Positions 1-13,600 of a stretch of DNA of 64,000 nt are shown here, piece by piece; positions within the stretch are counted from its first letter, which is position 1; the number at the start of each line of letters is the position of its first letter. Origin of the DNA: Amoebophrya sp. A120. Lineage: Eukaryota > Protista > Dinoflagellata. The translations under genes and the position numbers were made by a program. The notes beneath the pieces are model-generated. The model did no database searches and was not told the origin of the DNA. It worked only from the letters and a program-made list of their open reading frames with translations. Location: the NCBI GenBank assembly GCA_905178155.1, contig CAJINV010000001.1:11030311-11094310 (forward strand), written 5' to 3'.

Positions 1-3000
1 CGGAGACAAAGACAAAGAGCGCCGACTCCAGTCGGTAGCTTCGGTTCCAGAGAAACTGTCACACAAAAGGCGGAGAGATCATGACGACGATTCTGAGCAC
101 GACAAAGACGGCGCCGGAGGAGATGGTCGTGGTCCCCGCCCCTCTCGAGGTGATGCAGATGGTGCAGGAAAAAATCCACAGTCTCGTCCGAGCCAAGCAG
201 GACAGGCCCGTTCGAAGAACGACGAGGAGCGGGTGGCAATGATCCGGCAGGCGTTGCAAGAGAAACGTGCAGCCCTCGCAGAGAAGCGGGCACAGGAGGC
301 AGCGGCGGGCGAGAAGCAGGAGCCAGGGCGGCTTCGCTCGAAGATTCAGCAAGCCTTTCAGCGCCCGGAAGTGCAGGCATTCATCTCTCGGGCCAACACG
401 ACCCCAGCCCTGCCGGCGGTACAGAAATCCCATCCTCGGGTTTGATCTTCAAGTTATATATTGCACATCGAAAAAATTATCTCCTGAATAATTTCTACAT
501 TATGAATGCTTTCAGCATCGATCGATCAAGATCAACCTCCAGCCGGCGTAACATGGAAAAATGTACTGCACCATACACCACTTTCGACAGACGCAGACCC
601 TGCCTGTGGACAAGGATCAGAACAATGCGACCTTCGCATCTTCGGCCAGTTCTGGCCTGCGAATGGGCCTTCAACGTCTGTATGAAAAACCAACTGCGTT
701 GCAGGAGGGGCAGGTTGGACGTGGTCTGTCGCAGCCGCACGCCGAAGTAGACGTCGTGACTAGAGTGCAACCAGAGCAGCAAGTCCCGGAGCGAGGTAGA
801 CCGAGCGCTACGGCCGCGGAAGCGGGTAGCGGGGCTCGCCTTTCTACCGCAAGCAAAAGTGAGAACAGTACAAAGGAAAAGCAGCAGCTGAGGATGGGGG
901 CTCCGGTGCGCCCTCCTCTGGTGCTGCCTTTTCTCACAAAGCGAAAAGATAGCGATGAAGAGGCGAACGCTGCAGCTAAACGGTCGCACAATGATCTCAG
1001 AAAATTGGCCGCACAAGCGCAGGCGCGACATGACGAGGTATTGGATATCATGAAGCCGGTGCCGTCATCTCCCAAGAAGATGGAGAAAAACCGACTTTGT
1101 GTGTCGCAAGAGGCGGCGCCGGAGGTCGTGCAGAACTGCGCCGCGGGAGACAAGTCCTATCCCCCGAAAGACGACAGCGTCGATCCCGTGGAAGATGCAG
1201 GAGAAGAGCAGTTCATCATCAACGATACCATCGAAGAGTCAAGTGTTGCTGGTCCTCCAATGCTGCCAGAGGAGAGCGTGGCTGTACCTGTAGCTCCTCT
1301 GTCTATTCCAGAACCGAAAGACTCTGTTGGCAACGTTCCGGCCGACGCAGTTGTATTTCCACAAGCTGCTGTGGCAGCTGTCACAACAGCGGGTCCTAGC
1401 GCCCCCGCAGCTGCGCCCAGAGACAACGGGGAGCCCTCGGCGAGCAACGCGGAGGCTGTTGCGGATCCCATTCCCAGCCCGCCGACCTCAAGCTCGGGCT
1501 CGCCGATTGAGATTCCCAGTAGCCCCAGCTCGGCCAGGTATAATTGACAGTCTCCTGCTGCTGGTACTATGCTTGGCGTGCCTCAGGAAGTACGCAAGAA
1601 TAAAACGAAAGTGTGTAGAAGTACTCAAAATAATTCGCAGATACACAGAATTTTTTTTAGCGTGACTGACAGCACACGAGGACGACATTAGGAACGACCA
1701 TCAGTGGACGAGCGAGTTCCGAAGCTCAATGAATAAAACTCTTACCACGCAATAGGTGCACCTTGGGAGGGTTGGGTATCAGTTGGAAGCATAGCGACAC
1801 TGCTTTACCCGCGTTGAGGCAATCCGTCGACGAGGGTTTCAGCGCGTTGGCAAGTTTGTACGGCAAAGAGAGTGGCTTGGAGCTCCATGAATTCTACGTT
1901 TCTTTGCTGCAGAACCGTTCGTGGGATCTCCACAGTGTCGATCAAGAAAATCAACAAGCAACTGCGGAGGCTTCGAGTTCGTCCTCGTCTTCTCTTCTTT
2001 TCAAGCCGAAGAACAAAGTGAATGTTGGCGACGCGGCCCGCTTGCTCCTGCAGATGGTTCCGTGCATGCGCGCCCTGAAAGCGCCGGCGACCCGCATTGG
2101 CGGGATGTGGATGGACGGGCCCTGTCTCGTTTCCTCCGCGTTTCCCGCCCGGGTGCTTCGGTCGCAGGGCTTTACCAAAGACTTTCGGCAGTGGGTTGGG
2201 TGGGTGTTTACCCCGGCGATCGGACTCCGGTCCTGGGAGTTCAGCGGCGTGCTGCCACCGCCCATCCCGACCTCGGCTAGCCCGGGCGGGAACGCGCTCG
2301 AGTGCATCGTGTTTGAGGGGCTGCCGGGGGATCTGACCATGGCGGATCTGCGAGATTTGTGCGTCATGATTAATCGGGACGTATTGCAAATGGTATCGAC
2401 GCATCTGGATGACCTGGCAGAGGTATCGTCTCCCGCCAAAACGGGGGTGAAGTCTTCTGCGGCTGGTGGAATTCCCGCCTTGCGGCTCGGGGATGGGAGT
2501 AAAAAGAACGACAAGGAACCGGCGGACACTTCTAGCGCGGCTCAGGTACAGGCACCGTTGTTCTACTAGCGTCCGTCATATTCGGATTTCATGAAGTGAC
2601 GAGGTATGATCAATCTTAACTTGGAGTTTATGAAAGCAGGCACAGTAGTTGTACGTTCTCGAGAAGCGACGAGGATTGGATTATGGCTCGCAGGTCATCC
2701 TCAATGGATCTTCTATCTAAGCCTCAATTTCCACTTGCAATTCTCGCACACCAGGTTTCGGGTGGAAGTACCTCCTCTAAGGGAGTTCAGAAGAACGCCA
2801 GCAACATTTTCGTTGTGGCTAGCTCAACGCCTCCGGGCTCTGCGGCCCCGAGCCAGCGTGGTGGACGACAGGTCTTGCTCGGCGAGGCCGAACACTCCGC
2901 CGCGTTGCAGACGGGGGCTGCGTCGTCCTCATCCAGTGTGCCTCAACAGAGCAAGATGCACACAGCGTCGAGGCAGCAAGAGACGCTCGAGGCAGCATCA

Positions 3001-3213
3001 GAAGGCGACGAGCCTCGCGGGAAAAGAACAAAGTCCGAGGAACTCGGATATCTGCCGGGGCCCTTTGATCTTGAGAAAAACAAGAACCCGCAACCCAGAG
3101 TGCGGAGAAGGTCTGCGAGAGAGAGCCGCGGCTCGAATTCGTCTTTTCAGACGGTTCAGTCAGAGGCGCCATCCTTTCATTCTCTTTCGCGCTTGCCCAC
3201 GGAGAGACGGTAA
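1..3213 (+). CDS. Hypothetical low-complexity protein, 5'-truncated by the window edge; exons <1-418, 591-1537, 1756-2545, 2755-3213
   Basis: The frame is open from base 2. GT-AG introns 419-590 (phase 0), 1538-1755 (phase 2) and 2546-2754 (phase 0) join ORFs 233, 561, 1763 and 2683 in frame. No recognisable domain; the 3' end is uncertain. Confidence 0.6.
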
Positions 3214-6095
3214 AAATACAACTAGCAATCAATCTGCAGACTTGGGAAAAAACGCTGACGCAGACATGGCCGGCCGGGATGGTTGCCGTGGTTTCTATGG
3301 AAAGAAAGAGGCTATATCTTCAGGATCAGGTGGAAAATGAAATGCAAGAAAGCGTTCGCTGCCCGGCTGTGCAAAAGGGCGGGGCTTGGCCGAACCACGT
3401 CGTACGCGAACACCAGCACGCGGGTGCAAATGGCTCGATCGATGGCCTACGAGACAATTTGACGCCACCGCTCTCTTTCTTTTCATACCGTCGCCGTCCG
3501 AAACAAACCAAAACGCGAATCGAATGGGAAGATGGAGCACGGCAGCTAGAATTAGCGCACCACGCGACTTCTACTAGCAGGCGCCGTAAAAAAAGACTGC
3601 AGCCGTCAGAACAAAAAACTGGCCAGCAGAATAATGCCCCGCGTCTAAAGGCATGAGCAACTTTTTGTCTTCTCGCGGTCGCGCCTCAGCCCTTTTGTGT
3701 GTGCAGCACACCTCTTCTGCTTGTCAATGGGCTTGTTGGTCGGCTAAGATTTTTTGAAGAGTGCCATGTAAGTACTTAGTTTTTCATTTCTTTTGCCAAG
3801 CGACCAGTAGATTTAGACGACCTTGCTTTTGCATGTGTCTTTCACTCCTGCCACGACATTCCGCTGCGCCTCAAGCGTGCAAAGTACCGGCGCCATTCTT
3901 GAGCCAGCGACCATTGACGACAACTCCTGCTCCGAAAGGGAACACTAATGCAAACAAATCTGCAGAAGTGCAGTGCCAGTGGCGACAGCTCCTGCTTCAT
4001 AGTTTTTCAAAATATTTCTACTTTATTTTCTTCATCTTATTCTCGTTCTATGTATCCTTCGCTCTTGAAGAAGTGAAACGTATCTCAAGTTCTGCAACTA
4101 CGTCTGTGTACGTTGCCCAGGAGAAGACAGGCAGCGGTTCGGTTTATGGAGTGGGTGTATGCAGTCCGCCAAGGCGAAGGCTGCCGGCCTGAAGAAAGTG
4201 AGCGGAAAGCTTGCTTTACATACTAGCACGGACATTCTTTGTCCGTGGCTAGCGAGGAGTCGTAGCGGAGCCGCCGACCGTGGTGCGTGCGATAGTATGT
4301 CCGCTTCCTATATCGCTCTCAGGCGAGAGACAAGTCATCATTTGTTTCGGCCTCGCATTCATCGTAAAAATCGTATTCTTCAAAGCAGGGAGCGGCACCA
4401 CGAAGGTCAAGTCTTGAACTAGATCGGAAAAATGTGATCACCTTCATTACTAGCTCTACTAGAAAAACAAAAGAAAATCGGAGTCGGACACAGATCCTTG
4501 TCCACCGACTGGACCTGGGATCCCCAAAAATATGTCACTGTTGTCCTCGTGAAACTGTGACGAGAACTCTCATCTGAAAACTCGTGGTCGTTTGATATCC
4601 GAGCGAAGCAAGAGCAATGGGGAACAGAGACAGCTCTCTCTGTCCAGCACCAACACAGAACAGAAAGCGACCAGCCTGTTTAGCAAGCGGTGTGCGGTCT
4701 ACTGACGACAAGTATGACTTGCTTGAATGTGCTTCATGCGGGAGCGGGCGGCCTTTCTCCGCGCTTTGAAAGCAAAAATTGCGACCATGATGTGGCATGC
4801 GCATCTTTGTTGCATAATCCGACTCGGGGCCCTGCATCAACGACTTGCCGGGATCAACTACGGTTCGCCACTTGTCACTTATGTCGCGTACGCTTCACGA
4901 CTGTGTGGTACTCGGGGGCGTCGGCACTTCGACAAGTACGGGGAAGGGAAGCTAGTACTTACAATATAATGTAGGGTGCTCGGTCCACCTAATAGCGGCA
5001 TGCTGTGCGTCGACATTTCATGTAATTGCCTCTCTGGTATTAATTCCACTCTCTGCCATGTGTGGAGAAACAGCTGCAGCAGCAAACTGGGCCTTTCGCG
5101 GCGACGGCCATCCGAGGAAGGGGTTCCCAGCACGCGATGTCAATTTTAAGTACATTCCATTTGGATGCACCCGGATTAGCACGAGCTGCGCATGCTTCAT
5201 GTGCATATGTTTGCTACTGGTAGTTGCTCCTGTGGAAAGGGGAGGGGGTTCATCGTGTGGGTTCGGGTGTAGAATTGCGACGGGGTAGTAAGCGGCGACA
5301 GTCTGCTCGGCGCCAACGACTGGAGAGCGGTTCTGGATATTACCGCAGGAAGAACGTTCTTGTTTTCCGTCTTTGTGCAGCCCTATTGGTTCGTCCAACG
5401 CAGCGGCGATTTGCTTGCTCTGCGATGGAGATGAAGTGAGCCTGTAGTGTAGAAAACAGACGAAACGAAAGCGGCGCATGGAAGACCGAAACAATAGAAA
5501 GCACAGTTGGTGCGCCGCTTGTGGAGCAACGATTCCAAACTGTTGCAAGTGCAAAAGCAGCAGTTTCCAGATGGCAAGCTAAACCTAAAGCTGTGGCCTG
5601 AAGAAAGATCTTCGCCGGCCATTCCTATTCAAAATTGGGCTTCGTGTTCGTTTTTGGTCAGGCCTGAATAGGTCAGTTTCGCATGTTGTAATGATCACGA
5701 CGCTGTATCAAATATCAAATCGGGACTCAAGCGGTACTATCACTTCAACTTCAAGAGCGCAATGCAAGGTGGGTTTTATCAGAAAATCAAGAGAGAAGTC
5801 TTCACAAAGTGAATTCGTGGCCAACGTACGTTGAGAGTTTGAGTTTCCATTTTTTCACGCGTAGGTATTCAAGTTGCACCAGACCTTTAATTATATCTGA
5901 ATTTGCCGACGTGACTTTTCTTTTTCTCCTAGTCCCTCTAGTAGTACGACTACGTGTATAATAGCGACATACTCTTCTTGCTGTTCTTGAGCGTTTTTTC
6001 ATCTCGAGAACTATGATATTCAAAGTCCATGTAAAAGTCGATAAGTGTGTACGAACAAACTGAACACAAAATCATTTCAGACCCATCCATTGAAA

Positions 6096-9000
6096 ATGAC
6101 TCGCACATCACCCCACCTTTTGTCCTTGGTGTGCCTCAGTCTTGCCCTTTTCGTGTCTTCCGTTGCAAGCCTAAACGACCCCGAGCCTCGTCCTGGCGCC
6201 CGGTACGATCTTGTCATCGGTGCCTCGGGGCCGCAGCTGCGAGTGACGGTTCTGACGGGGTCGTTGTTGCGTGTGCAGTACTCCGCGCAGAACCCCTACG
6301 AGCTCCACGATTTTCCCACGACCGCAGTTGTGAACCGCAAGTTTCCGCTCGTGAAAGATGTGCAGGCCTCCAGCTCGGATCAAGTATTTCACCTGGAAAC
6401 CGACCAGTTCGTTTTCGAGTACGACACGTCCAAGCCGCACTGGCCGGACGGGTTTCGGAAGTTGGCATTAAAGAGTACATCTCTCCGGAATTTGGACGAG
6501 AAAGGACCGAAACTTGTGAAAGAGATCCGCAGAGAAATAGATACAAGCAAACCAGATGACATCAGTCGTGCCCCAGGAGCTGCGCAACTTTCCTCCCCCG
6601 ACTTCGAGTATGGCTACTGGCACCCGAGCGCCCCGTATGCCGGAAATCTTTTGGGAACGATCCGGACATTGGACGGCTTCGACGCGGAAGCAGGAAACCG
6701 CTTGTCCCTCAACTGCACACAAAATTCCGTTGAGCAGAACCAGGAATCCCACTGTCGGTTCGGCGTCCTGTCCAGATCCGGCATCGCGTTACTCGACGAC
6801 AGCGACATGCCAGTGTACCCCAAGTACACGCTGCAGCCGGAGAAGAATCCTTGCCAGGACGTCCGAGCAGGGACCTGCAAGGACTTGTACTTTTTCGCGC
6901 ACGGTAAAAATTTTACAGCCGCGCTGAAGGATTTCCGCGGCCTGTCCGGGCCGGCGCCGGCACCGCCACGGTGGGCATTTGGCATTTGGTTCACGCGCTG
7001 GTACGACTTTGACGATCAGGGAACGCGGGACCTGGTGCAGCGACACGAGATTTCCAAAGTTCCTCTCGACGTTATCAAAGTGAAAAAAGCCTCCACCCCA
7101 TATCGGAAACGGAAGATGCGCGAATTTGTGATGCTGTATTTGAGTACACAAATCGACTTGTATTGCTAGAAGGCCAAGAGACGAAGCTGCGGCCTATATT
7201 GCAGTCTGTCTGTCATGCTGTTTCCCACTTCCAGTTGCCCCCTGTCATCCTGGAGCTGCAAGGCTTTCCCACGCTAGGCAGCACTACAGTCCGCATCTTG
7301 TGCCTTCTAGCATCACAAAGCTGATTTGTGCCCACAAATCTGCATCACAGATTTTCGTTTTGATATGGGGAGGGGGCATTTTTCATTGTAGTAGACGTGT
7401 GGGTCTATGACATGAACTGGCACGTGTACGGGCAGTGGGGGAGCTACTTATCAAATGCAAAAATGTCTGGGTCTGGAAGGATCCGAACTTGTGATGCGCA
7501 TTTTCGAACACAGAAAAATCTCTCATGCATAGGTAGCAAAAGCTGCCCCCTTTCTGTCACCAAAATGGGGGATTTCTCATGCGGGTTCGGCATTGCGGAA
7601 GCTTCTCGAAACCTGTGATGCTAGAGCTTCCATGCCAGACCTTCTGTGTCATGCAAAAACAGCATGAATCTTCCAGACCCAGACATTTTTACGTTTGGTA
7701 CTACTCCTGGAACCGAAACATTCTGCCGGAACCCGAGAAGCTGGTCGGCGGTTGGATGCAGGGGGAAAAGGGCTTGAAGGTGGGTCTGAACCTCCACGAT
7801 GGAGGGCAGAGCTTCCAGGATCTTGGTGGCGTCTGCAGTGACGAAGACCACTTCGCCGCATTCTGCACGGAGGTCCCCGACCAGTGCGCAGCGACGCCAA
7901 ACCAAGTGCCCTTTCAGCCGGCGAACGCAACCTACCTGCAAGCAGTGGAGAAGACGCTGATCGCGCCGCTGGGAAACGATGTGGCTTGGATCGATTACCA
8001 GCAGGGCGAGACGAAGGCGGTGCAGCCCGTCCCAAATTTGAACCCGACCGTGATGCTAAACCGGGTGCGGAGCGAGTTCAAGTACGGGACCAAGAACAAG
8101 CGCATCATCCTGAGTCGCTTCCCTGGCATTGGCGGCCACCGGTACCCAGTCGGGTTTTCGGGCGACCAAACGCACACCTGGGCGAATTTGATGTACCTGA
8201 CGTACTTTACGAGCACGGCGGCGAACGTCGGGTTCGGGTACTGGAGCCACGACATTTATGGGGGCACTCGCGAGGGGTCCTCGCCGCCACCGTCCAAAGA
8301 CTGGGAGCTGAACACGCGTTGGATCCAGTACGGAGCTTTGTCCCCGATCTTCCGCATGCACGACAAGGGCGAGGCGGCGGGCCCTTGCGTCGACACGGAC
8401 ACGTGCAGCAAGGTGGAGATCTGGGACCACCCGAAACCGTACTACGAGGCGGAGGCCGAGGTGATGCGGTTTCGCGGGGCGTTGGTGCCGTACTTGTATA
8501 CGAAGGCAGTAGAGGCGGAGACTTCCGGGGTTCCGATAGTGACCCCTCTGTATTACCAGAGTGCGAACGATCCCAAGGCGTACGAGTTTGCGAAGCCGGG
8601 CGGGGGCTACTACTTGGGTGCGGATTTACTTGCCTACCCGGTCCTGGAGAAAGCAGACTCGAAAACTTTGATGACAAAGAAAACCATCTGGTTGCCGCCC
8701 GCGACAGAAGATAAGAATATGCCTGGAATATTAAATCGTCCAGCACTTCCATCCTGGTTCGACCGGATGAACGGAAAACTTGAAAAAGGGGGCCAGACGC
8801 TGACGCGGCAATTCACTCTCGCAGAATATGGGTTGTTCCAATCGGTCGACGCTGTGATTCCGCTGTTCAATCGCGGCGAAAAGCAGACCGTCGGCGGTGC
8901 CTCGGCGGAGCGCATGGACGACGTGACGTGGCAAGTGGTCGTACCTCCCAGCACAGTCTCCACTGTTGAGCGAGCGAATACGACTGCCCAGCCACGTACG

Positions 9001-9984
9001 TACACGGGGTATTTCGTTGAGGAAGCAGCGGCAACTTCAACGGAGAAGGAGCATAGGACTCGAGTCAGTTTCTCAGTTACTTGGTCGCCCGATAGCAAGC
9101 AAGCGACGGTGCATGTGTCGGAGCAGTCCCTGGAAAAGAACGGAGACGAAGATGCAACAGCCGCTTCCGTCCTTGACGATGATGAAAGTACCGAGGGAAT
9201 AAAGCATTTGCAGTTTTTCGCTGCTGCAGCGACCGGAGTGCGGGGTATCTTGGCCAAGCTTCTGGGTCAACATTCTCCATCTGCACGCCACGCGCAGGGG
9301 GAGATTGATTCAGCGGCATCTGGTGCAGCACCTGACCAGAAGTTGCCTTCCATGCCTGCACGACGTTTGGGAGCACCACGGCGCCATCGCATTGAACTCC
9401 TCAATTTTGGCGGAGAAGTGATGGCTTCGATGCCCCTGGCGCCCGATGACAAAACCAAAAACTGCAGCCCCGCATGCGAAACAAAGTCGGCCGCTTCGAC
9501 CTGGAACCAGAGGACAGCCTCGACCACCATCGATCTTAGGGCTGTTATGGAGCAAGTTGTCGGAAAGACAAAAGCGGACATCTCGGACTTTTCCGTCACA
9601 CTACACTTGGACAAGGGCGCCATACTGGACGGTTTGCGGGGGGCGAGCTGGAAAGCAAGGAAGGCCAAGGAGCTGCTCGACGACGGGAATGTCAACTATG
9701 CACTGGATAATCGAGGGCGTTTAGCCGACGCTTGCACCACCAGTGCCAGGATGGGTTACAACAAGGGCAGCGAAAGTCCGGCGGCGCTCATGGCAGGGTT
9801 CTGGCCTGCGCTACGAGAAGGGCGCGCCCAAATCGCAGATCCGAAGCTATCAATAGCCAACTTGCGAAGGAATCAGGCGCTAGCCTTGATAGACGAGGCG
9901 TTGCGGCTTGACCCCGGTGCAGTGCTTTTGTCCGATGAAGACAAAAGTACTACCCCCACGACAGAGCAGCAGCTCTACGCGTGA
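6096..9984 (+). CDS. Secreted glycoside hydrolase family 31 (GH31_u1-like alpha-glucosidase), ~1100 aa; exons 6096-7070, 7397-7447, 7705-9984
   Basis: Signal peptide MTRTSPHLLSLVCLSLALFVSSVAS. GH31 motifs: PPRWAFGIWFTRW, PLDVWVYDMNWH and GQWGSYSWN (both rebuilt across the two insertions), nucleophile region AWIDYQQG, GGHRYPVGFSGD, GFGYWSHDIYG, RWIQYGALSPIFRMH, FRGALVPYLYT. Confidence 0.9.
7073..7393. mobile_element. TIR introner-like element 1 (non-canonical intron 1 of GH31)
   Basis: GACGT direct repeat at 7068-7072 and 7394-7398. The element starts TA and ends TA. Inverted repeat 7081-7104 vs 7362-7385 (21/24 match) sits 8 nt from each end. Removing 326 nt fuses PLD|VWVYDMNWH in frame. Confidence 0.85.
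7449..7700. mobile_element. TIR introner-like element 2 (non-canonical intron 2 of GH31)
   Basis: CTACT direct repeat at 7444-7448 and 7701-7705. Terminal inverted repeat 7449-7479 vs 7670-7700 (28/31 match), TA...TA ends. Removing 257 nt gives GQWGSY|SWNRN in frame. Confidence 0.9.
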
Positions 9985-10676
9985 AGATCACATCCTTCCC
10001 GCTCTGTGCCGCTTCCAGTATACGCATCCGCCAGCATGATCATGAGGACATGAATATAGAACGAACACATATTTTGCTTTCACCAGCCGGCACGCAAGTC
10101 GCACAGAGGCTGATGAGTATGAAGATTTGCATTTGAAAAAGATGGAGAAAGACCAGCTGGACAAAGAGAAGGAGAAACACACAACGAATTGATGACTGCG
10201 TTCTTCTTCTGATAACTCGTGTTCGCTGATAGTGTTTCGTCTCTAAGGTAACATCATGATACAGCATTGTTCGCTGATCAGAGATCGTCATAGATAGAAG
10301 AGAAAGAAGATCAGCAAGCGTTTGAGGCGAAGCAGTACGCACTTTTTGGAGGGATTGGATCGCTTGCAATCGCAATCTGCCAACTCGAAATTGCACCATC
10401 AGAGGGATTGAGCGCAAAAAAAGTCCATCTTGTTTTTCGTTTCTGGCAGGAACCTTTCTGCATCCCATCATACATTGTGCACTAAAAGACCACCTCAGTC
10501 TGTTAAGTACCAAACAGACGCCCGTGGCAATCGCAATGTGTATTTATGTATGAAACGTAGAGCATGGATGCCGAATTCATGCCACGCACCCGTCCATACC
10601 ACAGTTTGCCCCCCGATGAGAAGATAATCGTGCACACAATTCTTGGCTCAGTGCAGTTGCCGGTAGCACTGCAGTA

Positions 10677-13600
10677 ATGACCGTATCCGCCACGACGGGA
10701 GATGGGGATGGTGTGGGAAATCCCGAAGACGATGCCTCTTCCTCGCACAGCGATTCCAGTGCTTCCGACAGGGAACCCATCGAGTGGCCAGATGAGCTGC
10801 GAGCGCTTCCTCTCATGCGGGTAAGATCTTGAAGTTGAAAGGAAGAGGATGTTCTGTTTGGCGTTTGTTACAGCTCTTGCGAGGATAGAAGCTACTCAGT
10901 TTCATCTTTTGCTCCCACGCTCAACTACAACCTGAAAGATGAAGATGAACGACACAGTATTGGAAATTCGAGTATTCCGTAGTTTTCCTTTGCAAATAAA
11001 ACACGCATTAACATTGCCAAATTAGGTCCACGAAAAACCCTTGGTTGCGCGTTCGGCGATGCCTCTGCCGGCCCCTCCCCTGCGGAAAAACGATCTGCCG
11101 GAATGGGAGCTCGATCCTAGTCTGGTGGTTCCTATGTGCGAAGAGATCAGCAAGGACAGCGGGCACAGCCAATTCGTGGATCGCGTCAAGGAGCTCGTTG
11201 GGGGTACAACTTCAGCCGGCACTGGTGCCATCGGTTCTGGGCCGTCTCTCGGCGGGTCGCACCTGCTCCACGTCAACAACTCGGCTTCGTCGCCCAAACT
11301 CCCCGCTCGCGGCGCGACGTCACCGCGCCCAAGATCTCCGCTCGGAGGCGGGGCCCGCAGCTCGGTAGGTGGCGACCACCAGCACGATTCGCTCGCAGCG
11401 ATCCTGAGTGGCAGTCGGAGCAGTAGCAGCAGCGCATTGTCGTCCGCAACCGTCGCCGCGGTCGTAGCACCGGCGTCGTCCTACATACTTTCGGGCAATG
11501 GGACAACGATACCCGCAGCGAAGGACTACCAAGTAGAGAAACACATCACTTCCGGAGCTGGGAATAAAGACCATAATTCGTCGTCCGCGCACGACAAGGA
11601 CCCGCCCCTGGCGCACTTGGCGGAACCACCGCTACAGCAGGGCGTCATTGTGTACATGCGCCCCGGCAGTCAGAAGGAGATGGTGCCAAACCGCTACGTG
11701 GACTTGATTCAGCTCACTCAAGGCCCGGAATTCGAGGACGTGTGCCCGCCACTGCTGGAGTCCTACTCGAGCGCTGGCCAGAAAACCATGATGGAAGCCA
11801 ATCTAGCCTTTGGCGGGGTCAACACGCTGGAACGCTCGAAGCCGCAGAGCATGGTGACTCTGGTGGACAAGTCCGCAGACATCATCGTGCCGGAATACGC
11901 GTACAATGGTTCGTCTTCCACTTCCTCGTCCTCCAGCAGTGCCGGGGAGCGTGCCGATGTCCCAGAAGCAACCGCAAGGTCAAAGCTTTCGGTGGTGAAC
12001 CAAATGGCGACGACGTCATCCTCTTCGGATAGCGACGGCCGGAGAATATTAAATCAGGCTGCGCTGTCTTCCGGAAGCGACATCGATGCGGCGATGTTGA
12101 CGGATCAAGTGACGTTCAAAAATGCGAACGGAGTTGTGCCAGTGCCGGCCGCAGATCATGGCACCGACTTGGCGACCTCCGGCATCGAGCCGCCACCGAG
12201 CTCGCCACGGCAGCGCAAGGTGCGCTTGTCAAGTGCAGACATCTACGTGGAGCAGCCCCCGGCGGTGAAGACCACGACCGCTGCAGGGGGGGCCGCGGCG
12301 GTCACCGCGGAGGTCGTAGCGCCATCTCCCGACCGTGCGAACAAGTACCATGAGCACCTGAACAAAAGCAGCGAACGCCGCCGGCGAATGTCGGCGACGG
12401 ACATTGAGCACTTGTTGGCGTTCGACAGTCACTTCGAGTCCGGGAATCTCGCAGCCGCGTTCTTGGTTTTGCCCAGGAAGGACGCAAGAGTCGTGTACGG
12501 TAAAGACGAAATCGGTTCGACGTTTAAAACCATTCCGCGGTACGAGCTAGTTCTGGACGAGGACACAAACTCCAACGGCAACACGCAGTGGTACTACTTT
12601 GCGGTGCGAAATGCGCTCAAGGGCGAAACGGTAGACTTCTCGATCGTCAATCTCGGGAAAGCGCAGTCCCTTTACCACTGCGGTTTGAAGCCGCTCTGCT
12701 ACTCTCAAAAAGCGGCGGAACTGAACAAGAGAAACAAGGAGCGCGAAAAAACAAGAAAGGGCGTGTCGGTTTTGTCCCCTTCGAAGGGGGGCGGCGGGAG
12801 TAGTAGCTCCTCCTCCACCGCGGGCGGAGGCAGAGCAGGGGGGTGGCACCGGAACTTTCGGAAATCCAGTGGCGGACAGCTGTGGGGCACCGCGCTGACG
12901 CACGCTTTTGACCGAATGCAGGCTGCCAGAGTCGCTAACAAGAACGCCGCGTTGCGCAACGGGCCAACCGTGGTGGTGGCTGGCGACCCGGAGGAAGTCA
13001 GCAAGAGCATCTCGGACATTCCCGCCGCCGCGACCACGTACCCGCTCGCGGGGTGGCGCCGCTGCGGAACCAACATCAGTTACGACTGCGCGCAGCTCAC
13101 GAAACGGCAGCTGCGGCACAAGCTTGCCGGCCTGCGGGTCGGAGATTTTATCGGCGCGGACGTGTTATCCGACGACACGCTGTGGAAATACAGTACGCCG
13201 GAAAGCAACTTCGAAACCGGCAGCGCCTTCCTGTACCACAAGATCGCGCACAGCAACAGCGACAGCGACGTGAACAATGGCGGTAACGCAAGTGACGCCT
13301 CGCGGGAGTCTGGCACCGACGGCCGAATGTTGCATCGCTTGAATTTTCGCTACACTTTTGAGCACGATAATGATGTCGTCTACTTTGCCTACACCTACCC
13401 CTACACGTTCAGCCGGCTGAATCGGGTGTTAGAAAACCTGAACAAGGAATTTTCCTACACGACCATGCTCTGCAAAACCCTCGCTCAAAACTGGGTGGAC
13501 ATCGTCACCGTCACGGACCGGAGCAAGGCGTCCAAGTACCGACCGCAAATGAATATGTCTGGGTGTGGAAACTACTCAAACTTGCGATGATTAGTTGCAG

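Noticed and set aside
4482-4510. Small hairpin AGTCGGACA...TGTCCACCGACT
   Set aside because: Short, with no TA ends or target repeat; likely chance.
3279-5622. Possible small multi-exon gene(s) among short ORFs
   Set aside because: I could not build a consistent exon chain or find a recognisable domain.
10638-10652. ATTCTTGGCTCAG as a relic dinoflagellate spliced leader
   Set aside because: It is only a short imperfect match to CCATTTTGGCTCAAG and could be chance.
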